Below are positions 1 to 11,252 of a stretch of 64,000 nucleotides of DNA, one piece after another (within the stretch, counting starts at the first letter, position 1; each line of letters begins with the position of its first letter). The notes under the pieces are model-generated. The model was not told the DNA's origin. It worked only from the letters and a program-made list of their open reading frames with translations, and ran no database searches. The position numbers and the translations under genes were made by a program. Location: the sequence record MK250029.1; one strand, given 5' to 3'.

Positions 1-146
1 TTCTGTATATAATTTTGCATTCTTACCTTTAAATATGATATTATAAGTATTATTTATTGTGTCAGTATAATAATAATGTGTTATAGTTTTATCTGATGAT
101 ACTTCTCCTTTTTTTAAATATTTAATACCATTTATCGTTAACATAA

Positions 147-1205
147 TTATTTAGATTTCTTTGTATTTTTATTTGTATTAGATTTATCTGTACTATTAGT
201 TTTCTTATCTGATTTACCGGTAGATGTATCTTTTTTACCAATGGATGTATCTGCAGTTTTTTTTGCTACGTCCTCTTTAGTAATACCTTGATTTGCATAT
301 TCTATAGCTGGATCATTTGAATTATATGGTATTTTTAATTCATCTAACACAATACAAGAATCATTTGTAGAATATATACGTGTATGACTACTTGCAAATT
401 TATCTTTTGATGAAAACATTGTTTGTTTAGATGTAGCAGAAGCCATTTGAAATGCATTATCTTTTGAATTTTCAAATATATTACCACCTTGACCGGTAAA
501 TGTTTGATATTCATCATGTACAGGATATGCATTAGAATTTCCCATACCTGTACCACCAGTATCACCAAAACCACCACCGTCTAAACCACCGCCAGAAACT
601 TCAGTACCTAATCCTGATAAATCAGCTAAGTTTACAGAACCCATTTTACTTAATACTGCATTTGCCCATGATGTTCTGCATGTTAGTGCACCAATATATC
701 CATCTTTAAATGTACGTCTGCTACCATCTGCCATATATGATGTTTTACACCATGTATATGATTTCATAGATTGCTATGAACGTAATCTTGTTCCTTTACC
801 TGCAGAACCATTTTCATAACCGCGTAGCACAATATCAGTTGATTGTCCAACTGATGTAGTTTTTCTTAACAAATTAATAAATGATTCAGAGCATCCTTTT
901 GTTACAATAGCTATTTGCTAATCTAATGACCAATTTTCTATAGGTCTAGAATTATTGAATTGTCTCTATATTTGACGTTTCCATGCATTAGACCATTGTG
1001 CAAGTCCGGCACCATATCCGGAACCATTTGCAGATGAACCTTTAAATCTTCCAGATTTTTCAGCAGCGTTATATGCTCCAGGATCACAACCAGATTCTTC
1101 CATAAAACATCCTGCAAATCCAGCAGCCTAGAAATCTTTAAGATGCCATGTATCCATTATTTTCTTTGTTATATAAACACCATTTAATAATTTTTTACCT
1201 GCCAT
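147..1205 (-). CDS. Phage tail lysozyme-like virion hydrolase (352 aa, code 15)
   Basis: ATG at 1205 reads through 4 TAG into the listed 147..767 ORF. N-term QAAGFAGCFMEESGCDPGAYN...GYGAGLAQWS..W...IENWSLDQQI matches the phage tail lysozyme (Phage_lysozyme2) pattern. Confidence 0.75.
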
Positions 1206-1211
1206 AAATCA

Positions 1212-2135
1212 TTAACCATTAGTTTTAACTGAACTATTTACTATATTTAATGTTGTCGTATTTGATGAAACACTAGAATCCCAAGGATTTATTGGAATTG
1301 ATAATTCGTCTAATACGATAGAAGAATCATTTGTTGAATATATACGAGTTGTTTTTAAATTCATTACTGAAGAATCATTCATCTATTTATATGCTGTAGA
1401 ATCTGTATATGTTAATCTTAATTTATTTTCACCAACTATTTCAAATACAGATTTTGAACCATTACCTGATGCAATAGTTTCATATTCATCATGTACAGGA
1501 TATGTATTTGAAGTATAATTAAATTGTGAACCTGCACGACCATTAAATGTACCACCAATACCATATCCTGTATTCATTTGTTGTTGCATTGTATTTCCAT
1601 TAACAGAAGAAAAATCTAATGGTGTATCAATGCTTACACCAGAATTTCGCCATATAATAGAATATCCTGGTTTAATTGATGTATAACATGGCATACCTGC
1701 TCGTTTTTTTCCATTTGGACCTGGTCGTCCATCATGTATATTTCCCCATGCGTATGACATAAAAGAAGATCCGTTTTTTCCATAAAATACTTCAACATGA
1801 CCATTTCTTGCAATTATATCGAATGGCTATAATAGTGTAAATCCTGAAAATCGTAATGGAGAGAAACCTGCTTTTTTAAGATACCTTGCAGTTGTACTTG
1901 TAGTAGATGTAAATTCATGTGAAGATACAAGATAAGATTTTGGAAACGCACCAAATAACTATAAACATGCTGATGTAAAGCCTGAACAATCATCTCCTAC
2001 ACTATTACCTAATAAAGGACATGAATACATACGTCTTGATCCTGTTGCATGTCCAGAAACACCACCCTAATATGTATGAATATTATGAAAGTAAAAAGTA
2101 CCCATAGATTGAACAGCTTGATTCCATGTTGCCAT
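1212..2135 (-). CDS. NlpC/P60-like peptidoglycan endopeptidase/amidase (307 aa, code 15)
   Basis: ATG at 2135, 4 in-frame TAG, TAA at 1212. GDDCSGFTSACL (catalytic Cys) and ARNGHVEVF (His) motifs. Includes the listed 1383..1760 ORF. Confidence 0.7.
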
Positions 2136-2300
2136 ATATTATTAATTCAGTTAAATAAATTTTAAATATTTATTAAATAAAAAGGAGTATATCAAATAAA
2201 CTGAATATTTGATACACTCCTAAAATTAGTTTAATATAAACCAATATATGTTTATATTTTTAAATTACACAAAATTCTCATTTAAAGTTTGTCTTATAAA

Positions 2301-2474
2301 TTACATAGGACAAACTGTAGAATCTGCTGCTGTAGAATCAGCAGCTACTGAATCAACAACTGTAGTATCTGTTGCTGTAGAATCAGCACCAGCACCATAA
2401 CCAACAGTCTTGTTACCGCATGATGCAAAACTCAATGTTACAACAGCAGCAAGTACGAATAAAATCTTTTTCAT
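2301..2474 (-). CDS. Small Bacteroidota-type lipoprotein (57 aa)
   Basis: MKKILFVLAAVVTLSFASCGNKTVGYGAGADSTATDTTVVDSVAADSTAADSTVCPM: signal peptide II with lipobox FASC (Cys19). Not in the ORF track (<60 aa). Confidence 0.75.
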   Translation of the reverse strand: MKKILFVLAAVVTLSFASCGNKTVGYGAGADSTATDTTVVDSVAADSTAADSTVCPM

Positions 2475-2638
2475 ATTCTTCTTTACTTAAAATTTATTTT
2501 TTAAACTTTATTATTTATCTCAATTATTTAAAAAGTTCTTATATTATAGTGAAAAAATATATTTTTGTCTATAATTTATTATCTATAATTTTGAAGATAA
2601 ATAAATAAAATATAAACAAAATATACTTTGATAATAAT

Positions 2639-3265
2639 ATGGCAGTAACAAATGGACCTACATTACCTAAGAAATCCCCAGGTTTGTTAGGATTATCACA
2701 TTTTAGAAATAGCCGTGTAGCAACATCTCTTTGGGAACCAATATATTTGAATTTATTTACTGTTCAATTAACATGTCCTCAAGGTATGGTAGATACTACA
2801 GATGATGAGCGCTTAAATATTATTCTTGAAGGTGTATCGTCAGTTGGTTAGATTTCTACTTCATTTGGTGCAAATGCAACAGAGCAGAAGTATAAATTTG
2901 CACAGCGTTCATTCGCAGGCGCAAAACCTGATAGAACAAACGTTGATTTGACATTACACTTTAATCTTAACCTTTCTTATGATAACGGTTCACCAGAGAA
3001 CTATACATATAAGTTCCTTCGTGAATGGGTTGACCTTATTTATGATCCTCTTACAGGTCGTGAAGGTCTTAAGAAAGATTATGTTGCGCCTTCTATGACT
3101 ATTACTATGCAAGACCGTGCAGGTAATCCTTATTGGCAATGGGTATTCTATTACATTTTCCCTACAACCGGTGTACCTGGTCCTACACTTAATTATGATA
3201 GTACAGACCTTATGTCATGTGATATGACATTCCGTGCTGACTGGTGGGATGAATGTATGCTTTAA
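2639..3265 (+). CDS. T4 gp19-like tail tube protein (208 aa, code 15)
   Basis: Listed ORFs 2639..2851 and 2948..3265 are in frame and joined by one TAG. FLREWVDLIYDPLTG..GLKKDY...ITMQDRAG...FRADWWDE resembles T4-like tube proteins. Confidence 0.7.
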
Positions 3266-3368
3266 TATTCATATATTTTATAGTAATATGAAGTTAAAAA
3301 GTTTATATAAAATAAAGAGACTTAGAATTAAAAATTATTCTAAGTCTCTTTTACATTATAAAATATAT

Positions 3369-4193
3369 TTAATCTTCTTTCTTTCTACGTCCACCTCTAT
3401 TAACACGTCTACGTCCGCGTGTAGGTTTTTCTTCTTCAATTACTGGTTCGACTTCTTTTAATTCAGGTTCTTCAACTGGTGATTCTGCAATAATTTCATG
3501 TGAATCTGTATTCATAAGTTTTGCATTTGACCATGTATCATCATCTGAATCATATGTGTCTATTAATTCATTTACAGCATTATCAGAATCTTCATTCTAT
3601 TTTTCAAAAATATCATTAGATTCTGTATTTAAATTTGAATCATCTACATCATTTAATATAGAATCTACATCATCTGATGTTTCCACTGGTTCAATTTCAT
3701 CAGGAATACTATCTACTAATGGCATACCATAACAAGATGTCGTTTCTATTGATGAATCTTCATTTTTATCTGTATTATTTCCAATATTATCTGGAATTGG
3801 ATTTGGTATATAATTTTCTGGTACTTTATGTATTAAATCACCTTCTACAAAGCCATCTCCATCTGTATCTATTGGAAATAAATGTGGATCATGACAATCG
3901 CAATGATGATGCGGTGGACATGGTGGTACTGGTTGACAACAATGATCATGTTTACAATCACAATGATGACAATCACAATCACAATGATGACAATCACAAC
4001 GATGCTCACAGCAATCACAATGGTCACATTTTACACATGAATCTGTAAATTCGCAATCAACACAATGATGATGGTGATGACAATGATGACAATGGCAGAA
4101 ACAATAAGTTCCAACTGGTCTAATATTCATAATTTTATCACCTAAATTCCAATCACTCCAATTATCATATGATACTTTACTTGATGTTTGCAT
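3369..4193 (-). CDS. Cys/His-rich (metallothionein-like) protein with acidic linker and basic tail (274 aa)
   Basis: Listed 3597..4193 ORF extends through TAG 3597 to TAA 3369. CHCHHCHHHHHC...CDCHHCDCDCHHCDC block; C-term RGRRRVNRGGRRKKED. Confidence 0.65.
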
Positions 4194-4224
4194 ATATCTA
4201 TTTTATTATTAATTAATTTTCATT

Positions 4225-4725
4225 TTATAGTGTTACTTCATCCTCAATTTCATCCTTAGAATCATCTGCAGGTTCTACAGGTCTAACATTAATAGTTCCA
4301 TGAGGACCATGTGAACAACCGTTTTCATCAATAACTTCTTCAAACATCATAGGTTTACGATTTTTTGAATGGAATTTATGCCAATCTGGTCTATCATCAT
4401 CTTCGAATGGTGGTATAAGTCTTGTTGTTGCAATACCATATGGTTTATGCTAATTAAAACAAGGCATATTCATATGACTATATTTATTAGGATGACATGG
4501 ATCACATATATTACAACCATCTGCAGGACATGTATACATTGATGGATTCTTATGTTTAATAATAAACTGTGTTTTATGAGGTCCACAAGGACGCATAATA
4601 GGTTCTGGACAAACAGGAGGTCTCCAAGGTTTACTAACTTCTACAGAAGGCGTGTATTTGTTAACTTGCTATTCAAAATAACCAACCCATGCATCTGGGA
4701 TATTACTTATATTTGTAGTTATCAT
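4225..4725 (-). CDS. Hypothetical Pro/Cys-rich protein (166 aa, code 15)
   Basis: ATG 4725 to TAA 4225 open with 2 TAG read as Gln. Confidence 0.55.
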
Positions 4726-4757
4726 TTGTTATATTAATTTATTTTTATTTTATTTGA

Positions 4758-5708
4758 TTATCTAAGATAATTTCTAAACTTCTTTAACATCGCCTTCCAA
4801 TTAACTTGAGGATTGTTTTTATTAGATGTTATCTTCAAAACATTTTTCTGAATTATCATTAGGAAATCAATTATATTATCTAATCTTTTAAATACAAGAT
4901 TTGAACTGACGGTATAAGATACACCATTATCTAATAATTTTATACCATTATTAGGATATTCTTTATTAATACGAGAAATAAGTTTCTATACTTTTTCAAT
5001 ACCAACTTCATTATCCATTGGCCTCATTTTAATATTATTTTCAGGAAACAAATAATAAAAGTCTTCAAATGTTAAATGTAATGCAGAAAGTGGAATAGGT
5101 GCAAACATTCCCTTATTTGTATACTTATTATATGTTACTTTACCTAATATTGATTTTAAAAATTCTTGTCTTTGATCATATGCTTTACTTGCTTTCTTCT
5201 ACTCTTTAGAATAATTTTTTAATAACATATCCATTTGTTCAGTATTATTAAAATAATCTTCAAGCAAAACTTTTATTGAATTTACCATCCTATCTTTTCG
5301 CTTTAATTTATTATATTTATCATTAAAGATAGTTTCATATAATTTTATAGCTACATCAAAACCATATGATTCATTAATATTCTTATTATATTTTAATGAA
5401 TTATAATTTAATGTTAATTTATTTCGAGTCTTATTATCAATAACATAAACTAAATATGGGACTTGTGTGGTAGAACTAAATAAAATATTTGTAATTCTAC
5501 CTGAATGATATTTCTAATCATCTATACATAAACCTTTTACATTATCGCCGATATTAAATTTACATTTATTATATTTCTTTGTCTTCACATCATTTCCTCT
5601 CTATTGTAAATTAAAAGATAAAGGCATGATTTTATATAAGAATCCATTATTTCTCGTACTACCATTAATATTATAATTTCTCTAAGATGGTTGATTTATT
5701 GGATTCAT
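4758..5708 (-). CDS. Hypothetical protein (316 aa, code 15)
   Basis: ATG 5708 to TAA 4758 open only if TAG is sense; fills a gap in the ORF track. Confidence 0.6.
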
Positions 5709-5721
5709 AATTTATAGTATA

Positions 5722-6315
5722 TTAAAATTTTACTGCATATGCATTATTTACTCCGCAAAGACCAGCATCAGGATTAGGTAATTTCTAATCTTGACCATAA
5801 TCAGCAGTAGAGCATTTATCTAATCTAAAAAGGTATACATATTTATGAATAACAGAAAGAAAACTACTTGTTAATGAGCGAGCACCTTCATATTCAATAT
5901 CATCTACATGTAATGTAAACCAATTTTGTACACATTGTTTTAACTCATTAATAATTTCAAGAGGATTATCACTAATAGGTAATTCAATTTTAGTAATATC
6001 AGAACCTTGTAATACTCCAATTATTGACTACACTACTTCAAATATATCTTCTTTATATTGTTGTAGTCTCCACATAAAATCTTGAATATGCATCTTATAT
6101 TGATTATTAGGTGTTACACTTGCTAAATTATTAAATTTGGTATAAAATGCGATAATTTTTGTTAAATAAATAACATCATCACATTTCTATGGTTCACACT
6201 TTGAATCATCAATAGTAGATTTAATTCCTGCTACATATTCTGTTTCTTCTGGTGTAATATTCTGTGTAATATATCTTACTGTATCTTTGTCCATTAACGG
6301 TAACATTGTTGGCAT
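5722..6315 (-). CDS. Hypothetical helical protein, possibly ferritin-like bundle (197 aa, code 15)
   Basis: ATG 6315 to TAA 5722 with 3 TAG. Helical pattern ending IHKYVYLFRL; fold guess is weak. Confidence 0.5.
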
Positions 6316-6329
6316 AATATAATATGTTT

Positions 6330-7745
6330 ATTTTCATATTTATTCAACATTTATTTCTTGTTTCACAGACACGCTACTTTTTAGTATAGTTAAATAATTT
6401 AACTTCTTTCATCCATAGTTGGTATCTCCGCAAGCGTAAATTCGGGTATGTTCATCCCTATTTAATATCTTATATTAATATTTGTTTTAAACCATTATCT
6501 AATATATTTAATGATGCATTATAATCTCTATCAATTTCTTTACCACAATGAGGACATATCCATTCACGTTCACTTAATTTTAAGTCTTTATAAATATAAC
6601 CACAATTATGACATGTTTTAGATGATGGATAGAATCTATCTATTATAATTAACTATCTTCCATACCATCTACATTTATATTCTAACTAACGTCTAAATTC
6701 ATATAAAGATAATTCTTGAATAGATTTTGCTAATTTATGATTAGACATCATACCTTTCACATTCAAATCTTCAATACAGATAATTTGGTTTTCATTAACT
6801 AATTTTGAAGTGATTTGATGTAAATACGTATTACGTTGATTACTTATCTTTTCATGAACTTTTGCTAATTTAATTTTTAATTTATTTCTATTGTTACTTC
6901 CTTTTTGCTTTTTACTTAATTGCCGTTGTAGTTTCTTTAATTTCTTTTCTTGATTTTTATAGAAATGCTTATTCTCATATCTATTTCTATTAGAATCTAC
7001 AATAAAATCTTTAATTCCTAAATCCAACCCTATTACTGTATCTAATTTTTCTTTCTAAATTATATTATAATCAATAAGAATCGATAAGTAATATTTGTTT
7101 GTAGATGTTTTAGTAAGAGTAACAGAATGAATATATTTTTCATTATGATTTAAATAGATTTCCTCTTTTCTTGAACATTTAAATAATATATTTGTTAACT
7201 ATTTTATTAAAGTTATTCTATTACCATTAATTTTCTTCTTCCCTCTAAAAATTAAATTTGTAAATCTACAACTCTATTTTGTATCTTTTTTAGATTTAAA
7301 TTTAGGATAACCTTTATGTAATTTAAAGAAATTATCATATGCTTTTAATAAATCCTGCATCGTTTGTGCTAAACACATTGCATATACATCATTAAGAAAT
7401 AGATATTCATATTGTTTCTTTAAATTAGTTAAATATTTACCTAACTAAGATAAAGATGTATTTTGCTTATATTCTTTATACTATGTTTTCTTATAATCTA
7501 ATAATTTATTATATATAAGTCTACAACAACCTAACTGTTTAGAAATAAAATCTTTCTAAACAGAATCAGGATATATTCTTATTTTAATTGCTTTTAACAT
7601 AATATAATAAAAAATCGTTTATATTTTTAATTTGTATAAAAATTGGCCGGTTAATACAAATTATTAATATAAACGATCTATAAATATCTTTAATTATATA
7701 GTATATTCAAAATTATAAAAATAGTCTAAATTAACCGGCCAAAGT
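6330..7745 (-). mobile_element. tnpB-only IS1341-type element (no tnpA); ends approximate
   Basis: tnpB plus an upstream 13-bp inverted repeat (ttggccggttaat ~7643 / attaaccggccaa ~7730) and a GC-richer downstream segment (~6330-6470) typical of an omegaRNA/right end. Confidence 0.6.
6470..7600 (-). CDS. tnpB: IS200/IS605-family TnpB RNA-guided endonuclease (376 aa, code 15)
   Basis: [14 protein letters not shown] start, Ruv[10 protein letters not shown], Ruv[10 protein letters not shown], Zn finger CHNC..CPHC, Ruv[15 protein letters not shown] counted 8 in-frame TAG. Confidence 0.9.
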
Positions 7746-7832
7746 TTTTAAACATATTTCTTATATTATTTATCTAAATTATTTTAAAAATTATTGTAAA
7801 TTAATAAATATTTTTATATTTATTTAAAATAA

Positions 7833-7868
7833 AAAAGAGACTTGTAAACTAAATACAAGTCTCTTTTA
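7833..7868. terminator. Intrinsic terminator hairpin
   Basis: aaaaaagagacttgta-aactaaa-tacaagtctctttt inverted repeat with A/T tracts. Similar hairpins at ~3313-3350, ~17908-17945 and ~62355-62390. Confidence 0.6.
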
Positions 7869-7871
7869 TTA

Positions 7872-8369
7872 TTAAATCTTTTTCTTCAAAATAGAATCTC
7901 TATATTTAACAGCCTCATCTTTTGTATAAAAAAGATTATTTGTTAATGCTCTCCATGAATCAGCTGCTGGATCTTTTCCAATATAAGATGATGAAGTCTG
8001 ACCAGATGAATTAATAAAATAATAGAATGTTACTGGTTTCAAACGATGATACCCAACTCTGGAAATCTCCTTATTTGCATATACCTCATGAAGGCTGCAG
8101 ATACCTGTGATATAATTAATATCTGTGATTCTATACAATCTTGTCTCATATAATACAATATCATCTATCTTAAAAGAAATATCTACACATTTCTTTACAA
8201 ACTTTGAATTTGAAATATCAAAATCAGAAATTTGTACACCATTTGGAAATGACGCAACTTTAGTTATTGCATTATAAGTAAAGATTGTATCCTTTTTCAG
8301 ATTACCGAATGGAAGATCAGCACTAAGGATATATTTCTTCTCTGTTGTCTTATTTTTCTTTGTATTCAT
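7872..8369 (-). CDS. Hypothetical protein
   Basis: 165-aa ORF directly downstream of a TAnnTTTG promoter motif. Confidence 0.6.
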   Translation of the reverse strand: MNTKKNKTTEKKYILSADLPFGNLKKDTIFTYNAITKVASFPNGVQISDFDISNSKFVKKCVDISFKIDDIVLYETRLYRITDINYITGICSLHEVYANKEISRVGYHRLKPVTFYYFINSSGQTSSSYIGKDPAADSWRALTNNLFYTKDEAVKYRDSILKKKI

Positions 8370-8400
8370 AATCTTTATTTTTTAATTGTTTATTATTTCA

Positions 8401-8440
8401 TTAACAATACAAAGATACATATTTTATTTGAAATAAAAAA
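8401..8440 (-). promoter_or_regulatory. Repeated Bacteroidota sigma-A-type promoter (-7 TAnnTTTG)
   Basis: Minus strand TTTTTTATTTCAAATAAAATATG-TATCTTTG-TATTGTTAA. Near-identical copies have the TATCTTTG core at 11842, 34302, 34416, 36735 and 44813, with a variant at ~20640. Confidence 0.7.
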
Positions 8441-8441
8441 A

Positions 8442-9935
8442 TTAATTAGGTAATTTCATAGGTAATTGTATAGCAGATGGGATATTCCATGCATTTGCTT
8501 TAATACCATTTGAATAACCAAATTTTATAATTCTATCATTTGCAATCTGCTCTTGTAATGATGATGATATATATCCATCTTTTGTTATATAATAAAGAAA
8601 TGACCTATTATCAGATATAACTACATCTTTTTTATTGGATATTGCTTTATCTAATTCACCATGTTCAGATTGATTTGGAAATTCTTGTGATTTAGAAATT
8701 AGTAATTGTGGATGTCCCGGATCACATATTTTCTTATAACCTGTATTTATATTAATTTCCATAAAATCATACATATATGGTAAATAAGACGGTAACCACA
8801 ATTTCCAAGCAGCATTTTCATTAATAAGCATAATAAAATCTTGTATCAATACAGATTTACCATCAGGTGATATGATCGATTTCAATGCTCTAACATTATT
8901 ATTAATTATATCAGATTTACTATATGAATCAGGAAGTTCATTAAACCATTCTGGCACAATTTTTAATCTATCATACCTTGTACCTTCATACCTAAATGTA
9001 TCTTTAACTATAAATTTTCCATTTTCATCTTTATCAGATAAATCATATGAAATAGTATAAGGTGATTTATAATTATTTTTTATACATTCATGATCAGGTA
9101 CAAATTTATCTACAATATTTGTCAAATTATGCCAGAAATCAGATGAGTATGAAGATAAACTAAATCTATGTAAATACTCATTTACTTTTTCTTTTGAAAA
9201 ATAATCTTGCTGTATTTCTGCAATTATACTAGATACTGATTTAAATACAAAACAATCACTATAATCTCGATTGTTATCATTATCATTATTAGCTATATAA
9301 TTATGACAATTATATAACCATGCATCTTCATCAACAGAAACAAATGCAAGTTTACTTACATATTTCTTATCAAACTCAGTGGATAATTTTACTTTACCAA
9401 TATATACGACATTACTATTACCTTTACATCTATATAACGTACCTGGTACTAAATCTTTTTCTTTAAATGAATTCTTAGTAAACATCTTTTCAGACATTTC
9501 ATTTGATTCAATATAATCTGTAGAATTTACAGGAAGCAGTACAAGTTCAGTACCATAATAACTATATACTAATTTACCTTTAATTTCTTTTTTATCAGTA
9601 TTACACCAATTTAATATATACAGTAAATTATCTATTGATATTTCAATTTCAAATCCACGCGGATCAAATATACGTGCGAATGTCATACGTTGTGACCATC
9701 TTTCACCACCTACTCGCTTATTTAATACAAAACCATCAATAGGTTCATTATCTATATATAACGGATCTATTTTCTGATCTCTCCATGAATTCCATGAAGC
9801 TTCTTTACGTAATTTATTCATTGCATCATAATAAATTACATAACCAATTTTTCCTGTATATGTATCAGATCTTTTATTAAATCCAACTGCTAGTTTTTTA
9901 GGAATAAAAAAACTATCTTCTTTTTTACCATTCAT
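8442..9935 (-). CDS. Hypothetical phage protein (497 aa)
   Basis: Long TAG-free ORF; no function recognised. Confidence 0.7.
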   Translation of the reverse strand: MNGKKEDSFFIPKKLAVGFNKRSDTYTGKIGYVIYYDAMNKLRKEASWNSWRDQKIDPLYIDNEPIDGFVLNKRVGGERWSQRMTFARIFDPRGFEIEISIDNLLYILNWCNTDKKEIKGKLVYSYYGTELVLLPVNSTDYIESNEMSEKMFTKNSFKEKDLVPGTLYRCKGNSNVVYIGKVKLSTEFDKKYVSKLAFVSVDEDAWLYNCHNYIANNDNDNNRDYSDCFVFKSVSSIIAEIQQDYFSKEKVNEYLHRFSLSSYSSDFWHNLTNIVDKFVPDHECIKNNYKSPYTISYDLSDKDENGKFIVKDTFRYEGTRYDRLKIVPEWFNELPDSYSKSDIINNNVRALKSIISPDGKSVLIQDFIMLINENAAWKLWLPSYLPYMYDFMEININTGYKKICDPGHPQLLISKSQEFPNQSEHGELDKAISNKKDVVISDNRSFLYYITKDGYISSSLQEQIANDRIIKFGYSNGIKANAWNIPSAIQLPMKLPN

Positions 9936-9941
9936 ATCTAA

Positions 9942-10472
9942 TTAAATTTTATTCTGTTCTCGTAATCGGTCTAATTGCTTATATGGTGAATCTGTTGAAT
10001 ATGATGTACCATGCATTTGTATTTTAAAACATTTACAATCTAATGATGGTGTATATACGTAATTTTTCTTTATACTTTTTTCTATATTATATAAATCACA
10101 ATTACTTTCATAAATTTTTCGTCTACAAAATATAATATCAGTTACAACAAATAATTTTGGAGATAATCCAAAATTATTTGGATACTTATCTAAATGTAAA
10201 TACCATGGCTGACCATAAAATGTTATTCGTTTAAAATCATCATACCATAAACCAGTATTTGTATCATAATTTGCATCAAATTCAGTTCTACATATTAACA
10301 TTAAAAAATACCTATCGTACTTATCAACCATAACAATGCCATTTGCAAAACGATATTCGGAATTGTTACTAGTACAACTTGTTAATACTTTACATTTAAA
10401 TAACATCCCTGGATGAATATCAATTTTTTTAATATCCGGTAATATCGTTTCTGTATAATTACTCATAATCAT
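9942..10472 (-). CDS. Hypothetical protein
   Basis: 176-aa ORF in a tightly packed run. Confidence 0.55.
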   Translation of the reverse strand: MIMSNYTETILPDIKKIDIHPGMLFKCKVLTSCTSNNSEYRFANGIVMVDKYDRYFLMLICRTEFDANYDTNTGLWYDDFKRITFYGQPWYLHLDKYPNNFGLSPKLFVVTDIIFCRRKIYESNCDLYNIEKSIKKNYVYTPSLDCKCFKIQMHGTSYSTDSPYKQLDRLREQNKI

Positions 10473-10929
10473 ATTTAAATTCTCTAAGAAAAATAGGAGT
10501 TAATTCATACTTTTTCCATCCATATAATTTATATTGATTACATCGTTTTTTGTTATCTAATGTAGTAATAGGTCTATCATATATAGCAACAATTTCTAAA
10601 TATTTTTTATCAAACCCGAAGTTTAACGTTGTTATATCAAGATTATTAGGATTATAATGGTGCCATATACTTTCTTTATTTACATCAATTATAAATGATC
10701 TACCCATTACCGGATCTGTAACAGATGTAAAACATATAAGAACTGCACCATTTTTATCTGTATACTTACTTATTATAAAAGTTTCAAAAGAAATATATAT
10801 ATTACTAAATCGTTCTGTTAAAAATTTTATAACAATAATAGAACCATTAGGTATATGACATAATGTAAATGTCCGTCCATCATGAATAGCAACATAACTA
10901 TCAATAATTTTCCTATTTGTTTTGTCCAT
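10459..10929 (-). CDS. Hypothetical protein
   Basis: 156-aa ORF in a tightly packed run. Confidence 0.55.
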   Translation of the reverse strand: MDKTNRKIIDSYVAIHDGRTFTLCHIPNGSIIVIKFLTERFSNIYISFETFIISKYTDKNGAVLICFTSVTDPVMGRSFIIDVNKESIWHHYNPNNLDITTLNFGFDKKYLEIVAIYDRPITTLDNKKRCNQYKLYGWKKYELTPIFLREFKYDYE

Positions 10930-10947
10930 AATTTTATATATAAAAAT

Positions 10948-11114
10948 AATGCAAAATATAACAAATTTAAATCCACATCATCTTATATTCACTTCAATCC
11001 ATGTTTCAATCTATAGGGACATTTGTTACATTTTTGAACGCAACAGGTATGATAAACATCCGCACTTCAATCAGATCCTATAAAACTTCGACGATAAACG
11101 TTATATCTTGCATT
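10948..11114 (-). ncRNA. Candidate structured ncRNA (long irregular hairpin)
   Basis: 15-bp closing stem AATGCAAGATATAAC/GTTATATTTTGCATT and inner TATAGG/CCTATA stem; GC-richer than the flanks. Confidence 0.35.
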
Positions 11115-11137
11115 TATAACTATTCAACTTTTCATAA

Positions 11138-11207
11138 TATAGTTTAAAGGATTCGAACCTTTTTCTCTGCTCTCACAGTGTGTTGCCACATACACCATTA
11201 AACTATA
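11138..11207 (-). pseudogene. Degenerate tRNA-like element
   Basis: TATAGTTT/AAACTATA acceptor, GTGT/ACAC D-stem and AAAGG-TTCGAAT-CCTTT T-arm, but the anticodon arm is collapsed. Confidence 0.45.
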
Positions 11208-11252
11208 CATTATAAATGTCATTGATATAGTTATATAAACATTAATTCTTAA

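Noticed and set aside
10983-11135. ATG-started 50-codon frame with three TGA codons and a CC..C..CPY motif (possible TGA readthrough or selenoprotein)
   Set aside because: TGA is used as a real stop elsewhere (e.g. 59397), no tRNA-Sec(TCA) is seen, and the region folds as a long hairpin, so an RNA explanation is more likely.
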